Assembly: GCF_964204865.1 (NCBI RefSeq)
Contig: NC_135256.1
Span: forward strand, 15,190,001 to 15,254,000
Length of the DNA stretch: 64,000 nucleotides
Source of the DNA: Styela clava
Lineage: Eukaryota
Reading direction: 5' to 3'
Shown: positions 1-12,845 of the stretch, piece after piece
Layout of the letters: the number at the start of each line of letters is the position of its first letter
Position numbering within the stretch: position 1 is the stretch's first letter
Program-made: the position numbers and the translations under genes
The notes under the pieces: generated by a model
What the model was told of the DNA's origin: nothing
The model's database searches: none
The model's input: the letters and a program-made list of their open reading frames with translations, nothing else

Positions 1-607
1 TTTTGAAAGTTTTTTTGAAAGATAATCTATATGATATTTCTTTGAAAGCTTTCAATCAAAAATAATTCCCCCATTATTTTCATGTTACTCGTTCTTTCCA
101 AACTCATTGTGCCAACTTTTAATTTAAAGTTTCCATACTTCACTAGGCCAAAATTAGCTATCGGTACCTGAAAGCTGTACGTGGATATATATTTTATGGT
201 TTTAAATATGTAAACCCGTTTGCAGGTGACATCCAGTGGAGAAACACTTTTTCTTAAGAATTTTCTTAAGGTCAAAAGTCGAGGAAACATCCATATAAAT
301 TGTATGGTAAATTTTTCAGGGGTCAAGGGTCGGAGAAACGTCTATCGGTTCCATGCATTGAGGTGTATATAATTAGTAAAATTTTGTGCCGAATTGAAGG
401 CGTTCCATGGCTGATGTCTCGAACGCTGCGCACTGGGGAAGGAATGATGAAGTAGACGATAGTGATTAATTAAGCCTAATACTACGCAGCATGTAAACTA
501 GACAAATATAACAAACAGACATTGATTCACGGGATTGCAGGATTGGGAGTGACATGTATACCCACGTACAATGATCAATTATGTAGGTTACTGGGGAGAT
601 GATTCTG

Positions 608-937
608 TATAGGATAGGATTTACAAATTTATCCCGGTGGAGAGGAAAGCCGATAGGGCGACTTAGACATATGGCGAACCACGGCCTCTCCTCCGGTTAC
701 CATTCCAAGTCTGGTATGGGATTAGTCATATTGTTTGTTTTCGTAAGCATGGACTTGGTGGTGGAGGAAGCCGTAACCGACCAGATCTTCCGTGAACCAC
801 CCAACGACGGCGAGGAGTCCAGCAATCCTCTCGCACATAACCATCCCTGCACAGGATGCGAATCCACGCAAGAGTAATTAGAGGTGCGGTGGCGAGCGTA
901 TTCCTAACGCTTAGCTCGTTGAGCCACACTGCCGCGC
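608..937 (-). mobile_element. tRNA-derived SINE, best-preserved copy in window
   Basis: Minus strand begins GGCAGTGTGGCTCAACGAGCTAAGCG (A-box-like), then GGATTCGCATCC (B-box-like), a core GGTTACGGCTTCCTCCACCA resembling the V/Meta-SINE core, and a CCTAT-repeat tail. Related copies at ~13800, ~20590 and ~24640. Confidence 0.8.
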
Positions 938-1001
938 AGTATTTAAACAAATGTCAGAATGTGTGACTTCAATCCAGCATAATACAGTAATATGTTTAAA
1001 C

Positions 1002-1125
1002 CAGTGTTTTCATGTTTGCTAACAATTTCTTAGCAGCATTTACTTAATGACTTACCGGTACCGGTACTGAATTACAACTCAGTGACTACCAAATGATGAA
1101 ATGCCCTCCACTTTGAAAAACACTG
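1002..1125. mobile_element. hAT-type MITE
   Basis: CAGTGTTTT...AAAACACTG terminal inverted repeats flanked by an exact 8-bp TSD GTTTAAAC (994-1001 and 1126-1133). Confidence 0.8.
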
Positions 1126-1292
1126 GTTTAAACTTTCTGAATCATCGTCACTAAAATTATGGTGAAATTTTCAAATATTGAAATTTACGCTTTGTAACCT
1201 AACAGCCATGCAGTTTAGGAATATTTTAAGAATTGTAACAACTGATGAAATAATTTTATACTTTCTAGACATTTAAAAATTGAAACCTGAAA

Positions 1293-2996
1293 ATGCCACA
1301 AAAAAAGAAAAATAATTCATCATTGGGAAGAGCTTTAATGAAAGAGAGATTTGGAGGAAGACATAACACATCTGGAAACAAAGCATCTTCACAACATATG
1401 AGAGAATATGCTGAAATTGCAGATCCTGCTACATTGAATCTGAAATCTGTAACAGAATTGTCATCGCTCGATGAATTTCTAGAAACAGCGGAGCTGGCAG
1501 GAACTGAGTTCACAGCGGAAAGAATGAACATTGAATATGTTCAACCAGCCAATTTTGGAGTAATATCCAGTATCGAAAGTCGTTTGATCGAGGAAACGCA
1601 AGAAAAGTATAAAGAAAAAATTGTCATTCCAAAACGACCGAAATGGACTAGTGAAACATCCGCTGAAGAACTAAATGTAGCCGAAAAAGAATCTTTTTTA
1701 CAGTGGAGACGATCTCTTGCAGAAATTCAAGAGCAGGAACATATCACACTGACCCCTTATGAGAAGAATTTGGACTTTTGGAGGCAACTCTGGAGAGTCA
1801 TTGAACGAAGTAATCTAGTCGTTCAAATTGTGGATGCAAGAGATCCTTTGCTATACAGATGTAAAGATTTGGAAAACTATGTGAAGGATGTTGATCCAAA
1901 TAAGAAAAATATGATTCTTATAAACAAGGCAGATCTTCTGAGTCAAAAGCAGCGAGAAGCTTGGGCTGAATATTTTGACGAACAAGGAGTAATTGTGGCA
2001 TTCTGGTCTGCCACTCTAGAAGCTGAGAATACTATTCAACCTGACTCACTGAGTATTGAGAAATATGAACCTATCGATAAAAACAACCCATCAATGCTGG
2101 ATAAATATGAATTAATCTCGTTTTTCAAATCAGAGCTGCATCATATAGAGGGGTGTAGGACTGTTGGGATGGTAGGTTACCCAAACGTGGGTAAAAGCTC
2201 CACTATCAATACAATATTACAATCAAAAAAGGTTGCAGTATCTGCAACACCAGGTCGCACAAAACATTTTCAGACATTTTTTATAGAAAATGATTTTATA
2301 CTTTGTGACTGCCCAGGTCTTGTTTTTCCGAGCTTTGTATCAAATAAAGCTGAAATGATCTTAAGTGGTATTTTATCTATTGATGAAATGAGAGATCACG
2401 TTGGCCCAATAAACTTAGTTTGCCAAAGAATACCAAGACAAGTATTGGAAGTTACCTACGGTATCAACATTGCCAAACCTATAGATGGGGAAGATGAATC
2501 TCGTCCACCTACATCTCAAGAATTATTGGACGCATATGGACTAATGAGGGGCTTCATGACCTCAAGGGGTCAACCTGACAACCCCAGGTCAGCAAGAATC
2601 GTTTTGAAAGACTTTGTGAAGGGTAAGCTATTATATTGTCGCTCTCCTCAAGTTGCTGACCAGGAAAAGTATTCGTCTTGGAACTATTCTGTTATTCAAC
2701 ATGTCTTGCAAATGGCAGAAAATGCACCAGATGAAAATGCAATAGAGGAAATATTGGTCACACAAAGAAAAGTGGAAAGATTACAAAAGCAGGATCAAAT
2801 TCAACCCAAAAATGAAGTTGATGAAGCTTTTTTTGATTCACAGAATGTGAAGGCATTTACAAAAGGAACACTGTTGGGTGGTGGCGGTGATAAAGGTTCA
2901 AAAAGTGAAAATGATTTTTCTAAACCATGGAAAAAACACAATAATAAGAATAAGAAAGAAAAAGTAAAAAGGACAAGAAATCCCTATTTGAATTAA
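1293..2996 (+). CDS. LSG1: Large 60S subunit nuclear-export GTPase 1 (circularly permuted YlqF/YawG GTPase), intronless CDS, 567 aa
   Basis: LTPYEKNLDFWRQLWRVIERS, VDARDPL, G4 NKADLL preceding G1 GYPNVGKSS, G2 TPGRTKHFQT and G3 DCPGLVFP; basic C-terminal KPWKKHNNKNKKEK. Splice acceptor tttctag ends at 1268. Confidence 0.96.
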   Translation: MPQKKKNNSSLGRALMKERFGGRHNTSGNKASSQHMREYAEIADPATLNLKSVTELSSLDEFLETAELAGTEFTAERMNIEYVQPANFGVISSIESRLIEETQEKYKEKIVIPKRPKWTSETSAEELNVAEKESFLQWRRSLAEIQEQEHITLTPYEKNLDFWRQLWRVIERSNLVVQIVDARDPLLYRCKDLENYVKDVDPNKKNMILINKADLLSQKQREAWAEYFDEQGVIVAFWSATLEAENTIQPDSLSIEKYEPIDKNNPSMLDKYELISFFKSELHHIEGCRTVGMVGYPNVGKSSTINTILQSKKVAVSATPGRTKHFQTFFIENDFILCDCPGLVFPSFVSNKAEMILSGILSIDEMRDHVGPINLVCQRIPRQVLEVTYGINIAKPIDGEDESRPPTSQELLDAYGLMRGFMTSRGQPDNPRSARIVLKDFVKGKLLYCRSPQVADQEKYSSWNYSVIQHVLQMAENAPDENAIEEILVTQRKVERLQKQDQIQPKNEVDEAFFDSQNVKAFTKGTLLGGGGDKGSKSENDFSKPWKKHNNKNKKEKVKRTRNPYLN

Positions 2997-3594
2997 TAAT
3001 TTTGTTTTCAATTACATAAAATGGTGATATTAATATTTTCTGATTGTCGTTTGCCTGGTTCAGTACCATACATCCAGTATTTGGGCAACTTGGTTTAATT
3101 TCTCATGTAGAACAGAAATTTGCTACAAATGGGGTCACTTCTTTGTCCTGTTTTATCCAGCAATAACAAATACGAGTAGGTATACATGTATAAGTAGACT
3201 GTTCCCCTTGGCATATTTCAGAAGACAGATAGGCACGCATATGTGAATCCAGGGCTGGGAGTCTTGCCTAGCTAAATTATATATAAACAGCCCAACAGCC
3301 CAAATAAAGATGGTATAATGTTTCAGACATGAAAAAATTACATTGAAGCACTTGCCTCGCATGATTGAATATTTCAATCAGCAAATCAAAGAAAGTGTGA
3401 AAAACTGTTCTTTCATCGAACATACAAGCAATCATGCTTTACCTAGCCTTTTCCATTACTTATCACTATCAATAATTCGAGCGCATTGCCATTAACACCT
3501 TTCCAAAATAACATGATTGGAATGCAATTGTTATAAAATGTTTTATTACAAAATCTTGGCAGTGTAGAAGTGAAAAATGAGTTTGTATTATGAG

Positions 3595-6500
3595 TTATGA
3601 CAATGCAGCAATGGGAGGGAAAGGATTCACTTTACTGACAACAAGTTTTTTGTGCTGATGAGATATGTATCCTTTGATATTTCCTGAATATATTAAACCA
3701 GCCACGATACACTCTGTTTCATCCATATCTATGTCAGCAAGCTGGAAACAAAAGGAACATTTATTGTAAAAAGCTTCGCTCATGCAACATAACACTTGTA
3801 TGGAGTATATATTTAATGAACGCAAAGGGACAGTGTTCCCCGAAAAACTGAACCCAGGTCATTCTGAATGGAACATACCCAATGTTGCGCAAGCGTACTA
3901 GATGACCAATACTTTTGGGTATAACCATATACTAAAAAATTTTTGAATGTCCTGTATTTAACAACAAAAATATTGAGTGGTGGCATTGCCATATGATTCC
4001 ATACAACACATTAGAACAGCTGTGATACAATGTTTTTACCGTATTTCATTGACAAGGGCAGAATCATTTAAATGTCTGATTCAGTTGAACTGGTTCTAAA
4101 TGCGGATGGATGTTGTTCATCTGGTCTATGAATTAATAGATGATTTGCCAAAGTTTATAGTTACCCCTTGCATTTCCAAAGCATCTTGAAACGCTTGCAA
4201 TGGAACTTGGTGAGTTTTTAGCAACTCTGTAACTTTCTTGAATAGTGTCCTTAAAACAACTGCTCGTAATTTTTCTAAAATGAGATAAACTCCTGTTTTT
4301 ATGAAAAATGTTTCGTGCGTTTCCAAAGTTTTGTCAAGAAGTTGAACATTTCCAGTCCTGTAAAGTAATTGAAGCATAGAAATTTTGTGTCGCAAATTCA
4401 CAATGAGATTCTTCAAAATAAACATGGATTTACCTCACTGATTGGGCCACCGCACCAAAGTGTGTTAAATTATGTCGTTCTAATAATTCTTGTGGAGGAA
4501 GATTCCCCAACAACATTTTAACAGGTACCAGGTACGTCATAATCATTCGAAGATTTTTCTTGCAATTTCTGTGACAATTCTCAAATGCAAATGTTAGATA
4601 GTCATCAGCTGAATGAAACAGGAACATAATATGAAAATTAGGGATTGTTTTGTTGATATCAGAGCAGCCTAGAAAGCAATGTGTCATCAACACCAGTTTG
4701 GAGTGCCAAGGTTACATTTACACATAGACACTGATAAATCTCAAGAACTGAGCGTATAAAAAATGATATAAAATATGTGTGTCCAGAAAAAAGAAATTCC
4801 ATCAATCAAGTGGATAATTCCAGTATTAAAAGCAATAAGACAGGTAAACAAAATGAATTCCTATGTGAACTCACCCATTTTATAATCACTGTCAAACATT
4901 GCTTTACGACCGACATAAAACCTAAAAACAAACATGACTAATGTTATATACCAACTGTTAATTCAGAGAATTTCATGACAGGTTCAGAGTCAATTTCTAA
5001 TGAATGTCATAATGAGTACACATTATGGTAATTGAAGAAATGTAAACACAATAATATTTTTCATAAATAGCGTCGAAGGATTTGAATTTACAATAGTAAA
5101 CAGTTTTGTCCGGCTAACGGTTAACCTAATAATAAAAAATTCTCAGACGTAGATGACTTCATCCAGGTGCTAAAATGCATAATAGTACAGATATTTGAAC
5201 GTTTTACCATCCTCAACAAATTTTTAATCTTAAGTTCTTAAAATAATTACCCAATCCAACTTGTTGGTCAAAATTATCTTAAATGATTAGGCCTAATAAC
5301 CAGAAGTTTACTGACAGACTTACTTATAGGTCACTCTCTGGGCCAAAGTAAACCTTTCTTTTATATTATTACTCTCGATGGCTCGAATTAATGGTTTGCA
5401 AAGGTGTAGTTTTCCTATTCTGTTTAAAAACAAATGGAAGATAAAAAGAAAACAATGAGAGTGTTGGTTATCTTTAATACTATAACACGTTGGTCATAAA
5501 TTGAGGTAAAATGAAAGCATATCTTACCTAAAATAAATTTTAAAAAGTTGATTGACTAAAAATAACATTCCCCATTTCTTTGACACTTCAATTGATGATC
5601 TCCTGCAAATAATAGTGTCAGTGTCAATTTGAACACATTTAAAATATTGGGATAAAACTATAGCAATACTCGATAAAAGACTAAATAAATTTATGTAAAG
5701 CTGTTTATGCCCGATAAATGCTGCTTCTAACGAAGTTTTTTATCAGTGATTTTCCCATTGACTTGATAGCTCCGCGTTTTCTTTCACATATAAAATGATC
5801 AAAGAAATCATGATCTAAGATTACTAATTCATTCAATGCAGATAATGGATATTTCAGAAGCGGAAATCCAAACAGATTGTGTTGTTATAAAACAGGGGTG
5901 GGCATGGTTTTTGGACCAGAATCAAGTTAGGCAAACAAAAGTAAACGAGCTGTGGTTCACTCTTTGACATGTCACATACCCATCACTAGCACAAACTCTA
6001 AAACAGCTCATCACAGTGTCTGCAGCTTTTTCCAGCATATCACCCTTCTTCCCTTTGCCCGTTCTTTGTAATTCTCTATCAGCCTGTAAATATTTATTAA
6101 GCTTTATTACAAATCAGTACGAAGTCATTGGAAGTTAAAAATGATAATTATCAATGGTTGTTTGAATATACTAGTCTAGAACTAATCGTAACTAACTTGG
6201 AATAAAGAAATTATACTCTTACATTATTTGCAAATGTCCTCAGATCCAAAATTAATGCATACATGATTGGAAGAGCCCTGTTAAAACAATATATCATCTT
6301 AGTAAATACCATATGTAACATCAAATGCTGGTAATGACATGAGAGGTCTATCAACCTTAGCCTGGAGTGGTCGATCCATGATTACTCACATAATATTCCA
6401 CAAAATTAAACATCAAATAGGTGCGATTACGGATTGTAATTTTTATTAGGTCATACAATGCAGAAGTAACTACTGCAAGTCATCATCAGCAAATATTGTG

Positions 6501-7820
6501 ACTCATTATAATTACTGTGTATATGGTATACTGATCAAAGCAAGTGCTTGTGAGTATTTTTTTTCATGGGATCACATGAGATCAAAAAGACTTCAAATTT
6601 ACGTCCTGTACTGAGACATAAAAACATTATTTGAGTTGAAAAGGATTTTATTGCTTTTAAATTTTTAAAATAATTTAATCAGAGCAGAGTCCCACACACT
6701 CAGAAGTGAAAATTACTAACTCTGAACAAAGTTACAGGCAACACTGAAATGCCAAAAGCTAAGGTTTGTAAAGGAAATCTGTGTATAAATATTTCTGCTG
6801 TGGTATAACATGAAAAAAAAAAAATTACCAATTTTCATCTTTTTGTAATTGGAAAGCTTTAACAAATGACTGTATAGCCAGAACTTGATATCCATGAGCA
6901 TCCTTGAAATTGTGACTTGCAACAGAGAAACAGGCTCTGCAAATGAACATGATATGCATAAGCTAATCTAAAACACAACTTACACATATAATGTTACAAT
7001 GAATAATATATATAAATGTGCATTTTATTTATTCACGAAACAGGATATATTGAGTGCTACATAAAAAACAGAACCAATAAATTATTCAATCACTTCCGCA
7101 AAAATGAAGAAAATTTTATTCTACACTTGCAGGGAACTTCTGTTTGTACCCAAAAGTTTAAGTACTCTAAGACGCTTTTATGCACATAAAGGTGTTCTCA
7201 TTTCAACTGGATCATTATGGTTCCCTATGGAACCACAAGACAAACACCAAAGAACTGTAGAGACCAATCAGTTCAGATCAGTGGTCCCCAAATTTTTTTA
7301 AAAAAATTCCATGACGGACCCCTATCTTAAATCTTAATTAAAAATCAAATTAATCTAACTTACTTTACATGAGCAGCAAATAATTTATCATATGGACTCT
7401 CTAAATATCTTTGGCAACTTCCCTCTGGATCATCTCTCTGCAGCTTGGAATTTGCAATGTGGGGATCTTTGAAGGAGACAAAACTTGCCAGTGCTTCACC
7501 ATCACATTCATCTAATGCTGTTGAAACCTTGAAAAAAGAAGCATGGTCAAATATCTGGATGAAATTTCGAAACACTAATTTCAACGATAGATACCAGAAA
7601 TGTATGTTGCAAATAACATAACAAAGTAGAAATAATAATCAAAATAGACCTTTTAATAAGAATAATTCAAAATATCTAATAGCAGGTTCAAAATTTCTGA
7701 ATAAGGCTTCAGAAAAGCAACCCAACAAACCAAAACTATTTTAAAAACGAGACTGGGATTTGATCATAAATTTGTAACACTTACTTCTTGCAGATATTGA
7801 TTTAGGGAATGGAACTCCAT
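3595..7820 (-). CDS. PCID2: PCI domain-containing protein 2 (TREX-2/Thp1/CSN12-like), 11 exons, 399 aa
   Basis: Exons 7785-7820, 7364-7527, 6829-6936, 6223-6277, 5980-6083, 5528-5602, 5324-5419, 4875-4921, 4434-4608, 4165-4357, 3595-3741. All introns are GT-AG with consistent phases (1200 nt total). Motifs [77 protein letters not shown]. Confidence 0.95.
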
Positions 7821-8080
7821 GTTGGAATAACTTGATGAAACTTTAAATAAACCAACATAAATGACAGATGAGCAAGTTGTATTTACTACTCTATTATTGA
7901 GATATTCTAAAGATAAAATAACAAAAAACAAAACAAAGAGTTTGTTCAGCTCATGTTTTACAACAATATTTGTTTAACTAACCCTTTTTTACAATTACTA
8001 GTAAAATACTGTGCCAATATATAATTTATTTTTAGATAGCTAGTCTAGACCTGTCATATACTACAATGACATAAATCAGC

Positions 8081-8281
8081 GCTCCAGAAGTATGTGTACC
8101 AATATGAAGGTAATCCCTAATTTTGTTCGCCTATTTTACATCAAATTGTGTGAAGGGACTGAAACCTATGCGCAGGGGGCTAACACAGGCAGTCCCCAAA
8201 CTTGTAATAGAACTAAAATAAGGGAAATTGGAATAAAATTACGGCCCAACCCTAACCTGGTACACATACTTCGGGAGTACC
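8081..8281. mobile_element. MITE family A (TIR GCTCCAGAAGTATGTGTACCA), contains CCCTAACC
   Basis: Inverted termini CTCCAGAAGTATGTGTACCA...TGGTACACATACTTCGGGAG; a closely related inverted copy lies at 31465-31682. Confidence 0.8.
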
Positions 8282-9176
8282 CATAAATTATCAAATATTT
8301 TACATTTCAAAGTATTGCTGATAAAGCGAGATTTAAAATTTCAAAAAGGTCAAACATAGAACCAATAACAACATTGCCATACACTAGAAACATAAATAAC
8401 GTAAACACATAAATAAATTCATAATTAATACAAATAAATGCAGCATAATCATGCATTGTGTCTGACCGCTCTGTATATTAATATGGGTTGAATAAGACAG
8501 CAATTCATGATTGCAGTGACTTATAAATTATAAAATTACATGTCAGGATATATTTTGGCAAGGTGAATGGAACAAAAAATATATTATTGACATTGGAATT
8601 TTTATATTGATTTGAAATTTTAACTATGCAATGAATGGTAAAATATATCCTGCATAGGATCATGCTCTGCAGGGAAGTTTTGTTAATTTATAGAAATTGA
8701 GTTTGGTATTGCAGATGAATACCGTAGTTTAGATATACATTGACTTAAGTGATTTTCTACAGTATCAGAATTAGAATTAGAGCTATTATTCACCCTACCC
8801 TCTGATGCCAAGTGCTTAAATTGACGAATTTTCAAATGGAAATATTTTAAAATTCTTTCAAAAAATATTTCACTATATCTAATATTTCCCAGTGTTGAAT
8901 GTATTCAAATATTAGATAGGTCTTGGACAAAGACTGTCATGTACAAATAATGAACTTATAATATGATCCAAAATATAGGCTATAGGGCACACCATATAAA
9001 AACAATCTATTCACATGTAGCAGTTTTCTAATTAAAATGCAGATACTGCTTATGAAACCGATACTACCCCATGAATATTATTTATTGAGTAGTTGTGATT
9101 CTGCACTGAGTTTGGTAATTTAAATCAGAAGCAAATTGCAGACAGTCGAATCTTAGATTCCATGGATCATCTAACA

Positions 9177-9498
9177 CAGTGATTCTCAACATGTGGTACG
9201 CATAGCACTAGTGGTACGCAAGCAGCTTTGGATTGTTGGATTATTAACAACAACTAACTTTTGAGTTGACAGAAATAAGCCGGCAACGCTTTCTCCTTAT
9301 TTTCAATACTGTATATTTTTGCTGAACTGCATTTATAGCGCCACCCGTCGTTTTTCCAGAGATCAGGAATCGCCCTATTGTCAGTGCGTTTCTTGTGCCA
9401 TTGTTCCCCACCCTTAAAATATGGTTTTGTCAGTGGTACGTGGCCAGAGTAAAAACCAGTTGAGTGGTATGCGATCAGTTAATAGTTGAAAACCACTA
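9177..9498. mobile_element. hAT-type MITE downstream of the MARCHF5 CDS
   Basis: CAGTGATTCTCAAC...GTTGAAAACCACTA termini, 8-bp TSD ATCTAACA (9169-9176, 9499-9506), subterminal GTGGTACG repeats. Confidence 0.8.
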
Positions 9499-9781
9499 AT
9501 CTAACAGGTATAAAACATGAATTGTCATTCTAGTAATAAACATATAAATTAGTATTGCGGTTTGAAAATACTAGAAATATTTCGGCTTGCTATTGCTCAT
9601 GCAAAAAATATGAACACAAATATAGCTGATTTATCCGGATCAAAGTTTCAAAAAGTATAATGTCTAAAACTCTTGTAGAATTAATATTAAATTTCATATT
9701 ACATAGTTAAATCTCAAAGGAACAAAGATATATATAGCTGAATGAAGTAAATTTGCATGTAGTGGCAATTCTTTAGAATAA

Positions 9782-10690
9782 TCAAGTAGCAGTCTCCAGT
9801 TGTGGAACAGGTTCTACATAATCCTTGATTTCCCTTTGTCCCATTCTTGATTGTACTTGATATTTCAAATAGATATTCAAAAATCCTTTGAGAATAACAA
9901 ACGATGCGCCACCCAATGCACTCCTTTGAAAATTCGACTCAACGCTGTGAAACAAAAGCTTTCCGAAAATAGTTGCAACGGTTGGAAAGATCAAAGCTCC
10001 ACAAAGAACTCTCGTAAACTTGATTTCTCTTGTCTGTCGCATTTCTACTGGAGATGGAGGAAGTATGGTTGAAGTTCCTTCTTGTGAAGGGCGTGTCCCA
10101 AAAATCAGCTTTTTCAAGTAAACCAACTTGCTAGAGTGTTTCTTCCATAACCTCAAAAGATAATCGTCCCATTGTATCATTTTTCCAAGGACAAGACCGA
10201 CTGGTATCATAGGAAGGCCGACAAGTAAAAATAAAGGATCTGCTCGCTCCATCATATCTAACCCTTCTTTGTGGCCCAAAACTTGCATTACTGTGATTGC
10301 TCCATAAGTGACCGCACTCCAATATATTGATCCAAGAAGAACTCCGGTTGCCGCAATGGGTGAAGCTTTAAACACAATGTGATCAATCGTTTGAATAAAA
10401 CTCGTCAATTTTCCAAAAGGTGGAAAAACAACAACATATTCAGTGTTGCATTGTGGACATTTTACTTTAGTAAAAGAATGGCCTTTCTGCTTTTCATCTA
10501 TCCATCTCATCAAACAAGCATGATGGACCCACATTGTCGTACCTTTGCAACGACAAGGCTTCACCCATTTCATATGTTCATCGTCATCTGTTCCAAAACA
10601 TACCCAACAACTTCTATATGTTGAGCTTTGAGGATCCTCACTTGTGCCAGTCCCAACAGAAGTTGAGGAATCATTAGCTTCCTCCATCAT
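9782..10690 (-). CDS. MARCHF5: Mitochondrial E3 ubiquitin ligase MARCH5/MITOL, intronless CDS, 302 aa
   Basis: RING-CH CWVCF...WVKPCRCKGTTMWVHHACLMRWIDEKQKG...CPQC followed by four hydrophobic segments (YWSAVTYGAITVMQ, DPLFLLVGLP, RVLCGALIFP, SALGGASF). Confidence 0.96.
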   Translation of the reverse strand: MMEEANDSSTSVGTGTSEDPQSSTYRSCWVCFGTDDDEHMKWVKPCRCKGTTMWVHHACLMRWIDEKQKGHSFTKVKCPQCNTEYVVVFPPFGKLTSFIQTIDHIVFKASPIAATGVLLGSIYWSAVTYGAITVMQVLGHKEGLDMMERADPLFLLVGLPMIPVGLVLGKMIQWDDYLLRLWKKHSSKLVYLKKLIFGTRPSQEGTSTILPPSPVEMRQTREIKFTRVLCGALIFPTVATIFGKLLFHSVESNFQRSALGGASFVILKGFLNIYLKYQVQSRMGQREIKDYVEPVPQLETAT

Positions 10691-10793
10691 ATATGTACCT
10701 GATAATTATGCAGATATGGTCATTAGACTATGAATAGATAGGTGATCCCTAAGCTAGGGAATTAGAATCAAATTTTCAAGGCTAATAGCGTTA

Positions 10794-11100
10794 TTACTTA
10801 CCGATCTTAAGATCGGTAAGTATGTTGATAGGTATTTGTCTGTTTGTTTGTCTGTCTCTCTGTTAGATGCCCGCGATATCTCACAAAAGCGAGGTTGAAT
10901 CAGCTCCAAATTTTGCGTGTGTATCATCATAGCTCGGATCAGAAGCCTATTGATTTTCGATGAATTATGTCGTATAATTAGCTAGTTATTAATTAATTAG
11001 TGATGGGACACATGGTGTCACTATGGAGTAAGAGCGCTGTTTTGGGGCATCCCCTAACCTTCAATCGATAAGTCTTCGGTCTCTGACCGATATTCTCGTT
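10794..11100 (+). mobile_element. Helentron-associated (HINE/DINE-1-like) non-autonomous element
   Basis: Perfect 28-bp palindrome TACTTACCGATCTTAAGATCGGTAAGTA (10795-10822), (GTCT/GTTT)n microsatellite, 3' hairpin TCGGTC-TCT-GACCGA followed by CTCGTTT. Confidence 0.6.
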
Positions 11101-11282
11101 TAAGCAGTTAAGGCATTCATCCTGCTATACCAGTATACTACCCACAAGACAGACTGTTACTTAAAAAAAATAAAACTATGGGCTCTATTTTCATATCACA
11201 TTTTTGTTTGCCATTATTCAAGTAGTTATGGCATTCACTATATTATGATTATTCAATAAATGTTATGAACTATGGGGTACAG

Positions 11283-12033
11283 GCAGGGCTGTATTTAGAC
11301 AGCAAGAGGCCACTAAGCTAGGCCTATTTCATTTGTAATGTCCCTTCAACAATGACGTCACAACGTTTCACAGAATCAATTATACGAAATTTTATTTACA
11401 GGCAATATACATTCGCTAATAACCCGAATAGATTGGATAGTAAGTTAAATTTAAGAACTTCTTCAAAAACCCAAGGCTGTAATAAAATCATGGCATTGGA
11501 TAGGGTTCATAACAACCATTTACGGTCGCGGAAAAGTGAGGGAGGGGCCATGGCCCCAGGTAGGCCTACTTATAAATAAAATATTACTAATAAAAAAGTT
11601 ATTCGTAATAAACGGGTCTTTGTTAAAAAACTATCCGAAAATCATAAAATAATTAAATAATTCTTAGATTAAATATTGCTTAGATGAATGAGTATAGCTA
11701 TATATCGATTTGTATCATCTTTTTCAATAAATAGAGGGAATTATTATGGTAAAAAACTGTTCATTTATTTCGAAGTAGTATATTTGTTTAGTTGAAGGGG
11801 TGAAGTTGGAAATTTGGAACAATCCATTCATTCGATCGTATTTAATTGTTAATTTTGTAAACAGAATATATTTGCGACAAGCATTAAGCCAAATAAAAAA
11901 TTCAATGAATGTCAATTTAAAAAAATTTTTGAATCAGTAAAAGCCTTAAAATTTAAAAACGACTTAAAATGAATAACAGTTCAAAATTGGATGTCGAGGC
12001 CCCTAGGCTACCATGCCTGGCAAATCCGTACAC
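11283..12033. mobile_element. Degenerate hAT-like MITE
   Basis: Left end CAGGGCTGTATTTAG, right end GGCAAATCCG, with GGCCCC-type subterminal motifs; no clear TSD. Confidence 0.35.
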
Positions 12034-12845
12034 CACAATTGTAGCCTTCTACAAAAATTGCAAGCTATGTTCACAACCAGCTGCTGCATTCTGCGTCAAT
12101 CATCGTTGATTCATTAATTATTAAAAGGTAAGATAAATCGCAGAATTTTGGTAGTGTTTCCCAATTCTAATTCAGATCCCTTGGCACTGGTCCTTTGCAT
12201 AATCGCACATTTCGTTCGATAACCTGGTACAGTGGTACTGTAGGTACCGTACCGGTACTCGCCATATTATTTTAATAAGGCACTGCGTTTGATGAATTTG
12301 CGCCGAAAGTGCAGCACCAACATTTTTCTGAACCACCTAATTCATGCCTTTTTACAGTCAGACAGTTCAGCAGTTGTAGGCTTGTAACCTACTGGCAGAC
12401 TGGTCCAAACTTCCAGCTGCTTTCAAAATATTTTTTTTGCACCACCCCATAGCCATACTGCCATAAGCAGATACCGGTATGAGTGGTTTCAAAATATTAA
12501 ATATCAGTTCAAATGCTGAAGTATCAGATAATATCAGTCAGTCCATTCTACCAGTATACCGTACTGCAGCTACAATCTGACCATAGCCAGCCAAAATTTA
12601 CTCCAACGTTCACCGGTACCACAAACCAGTACGGTACGGGTACCGGTAAACTGTGATAGGAAAAAGCAGAACCGTAGACTACTGCACTGGGCTACTGGGC
12701 TAAGGCCAGTTTCAGAGTTTGCGAATAGATAGGCTACCTGGATAGGTATACAGTACTGAGATGTTCGGACAAAAATCTGCCCCATTACCGGTACCGGTAC
12801 CGGTAACAGATTAAAGTCGTTAGATTTCCAACCCTCACTACTTAC

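Noticed and set aside
880-937. tRNA gene
   Set aside because: A/B boxes are present, but there is no cloverleaf and the sequence continues into the SINE body.
599-950. ORFs 599-877 and 726-950
   Set aside because: They lie within the SINE and show no protein features.
5700-6420. Intronic snoRNAs in PCID2
   Set aside because: Only partial C/D boxes or a single hairpin; no convincing box pair.
11385-11477. Terminal exon of a separate micro-peptide gene (PWVFEEVLKFNLL...)
   Set aside because: It has an acceptor and AATAAA, but sits inside a probable MITE and matches no family I recognise.
12180-12300. miR-96/miR-124-like seeds (TTGGCAC, TAAGGCAC)
   Set aside because: Only the seed matches; there is no precursor hairpin.
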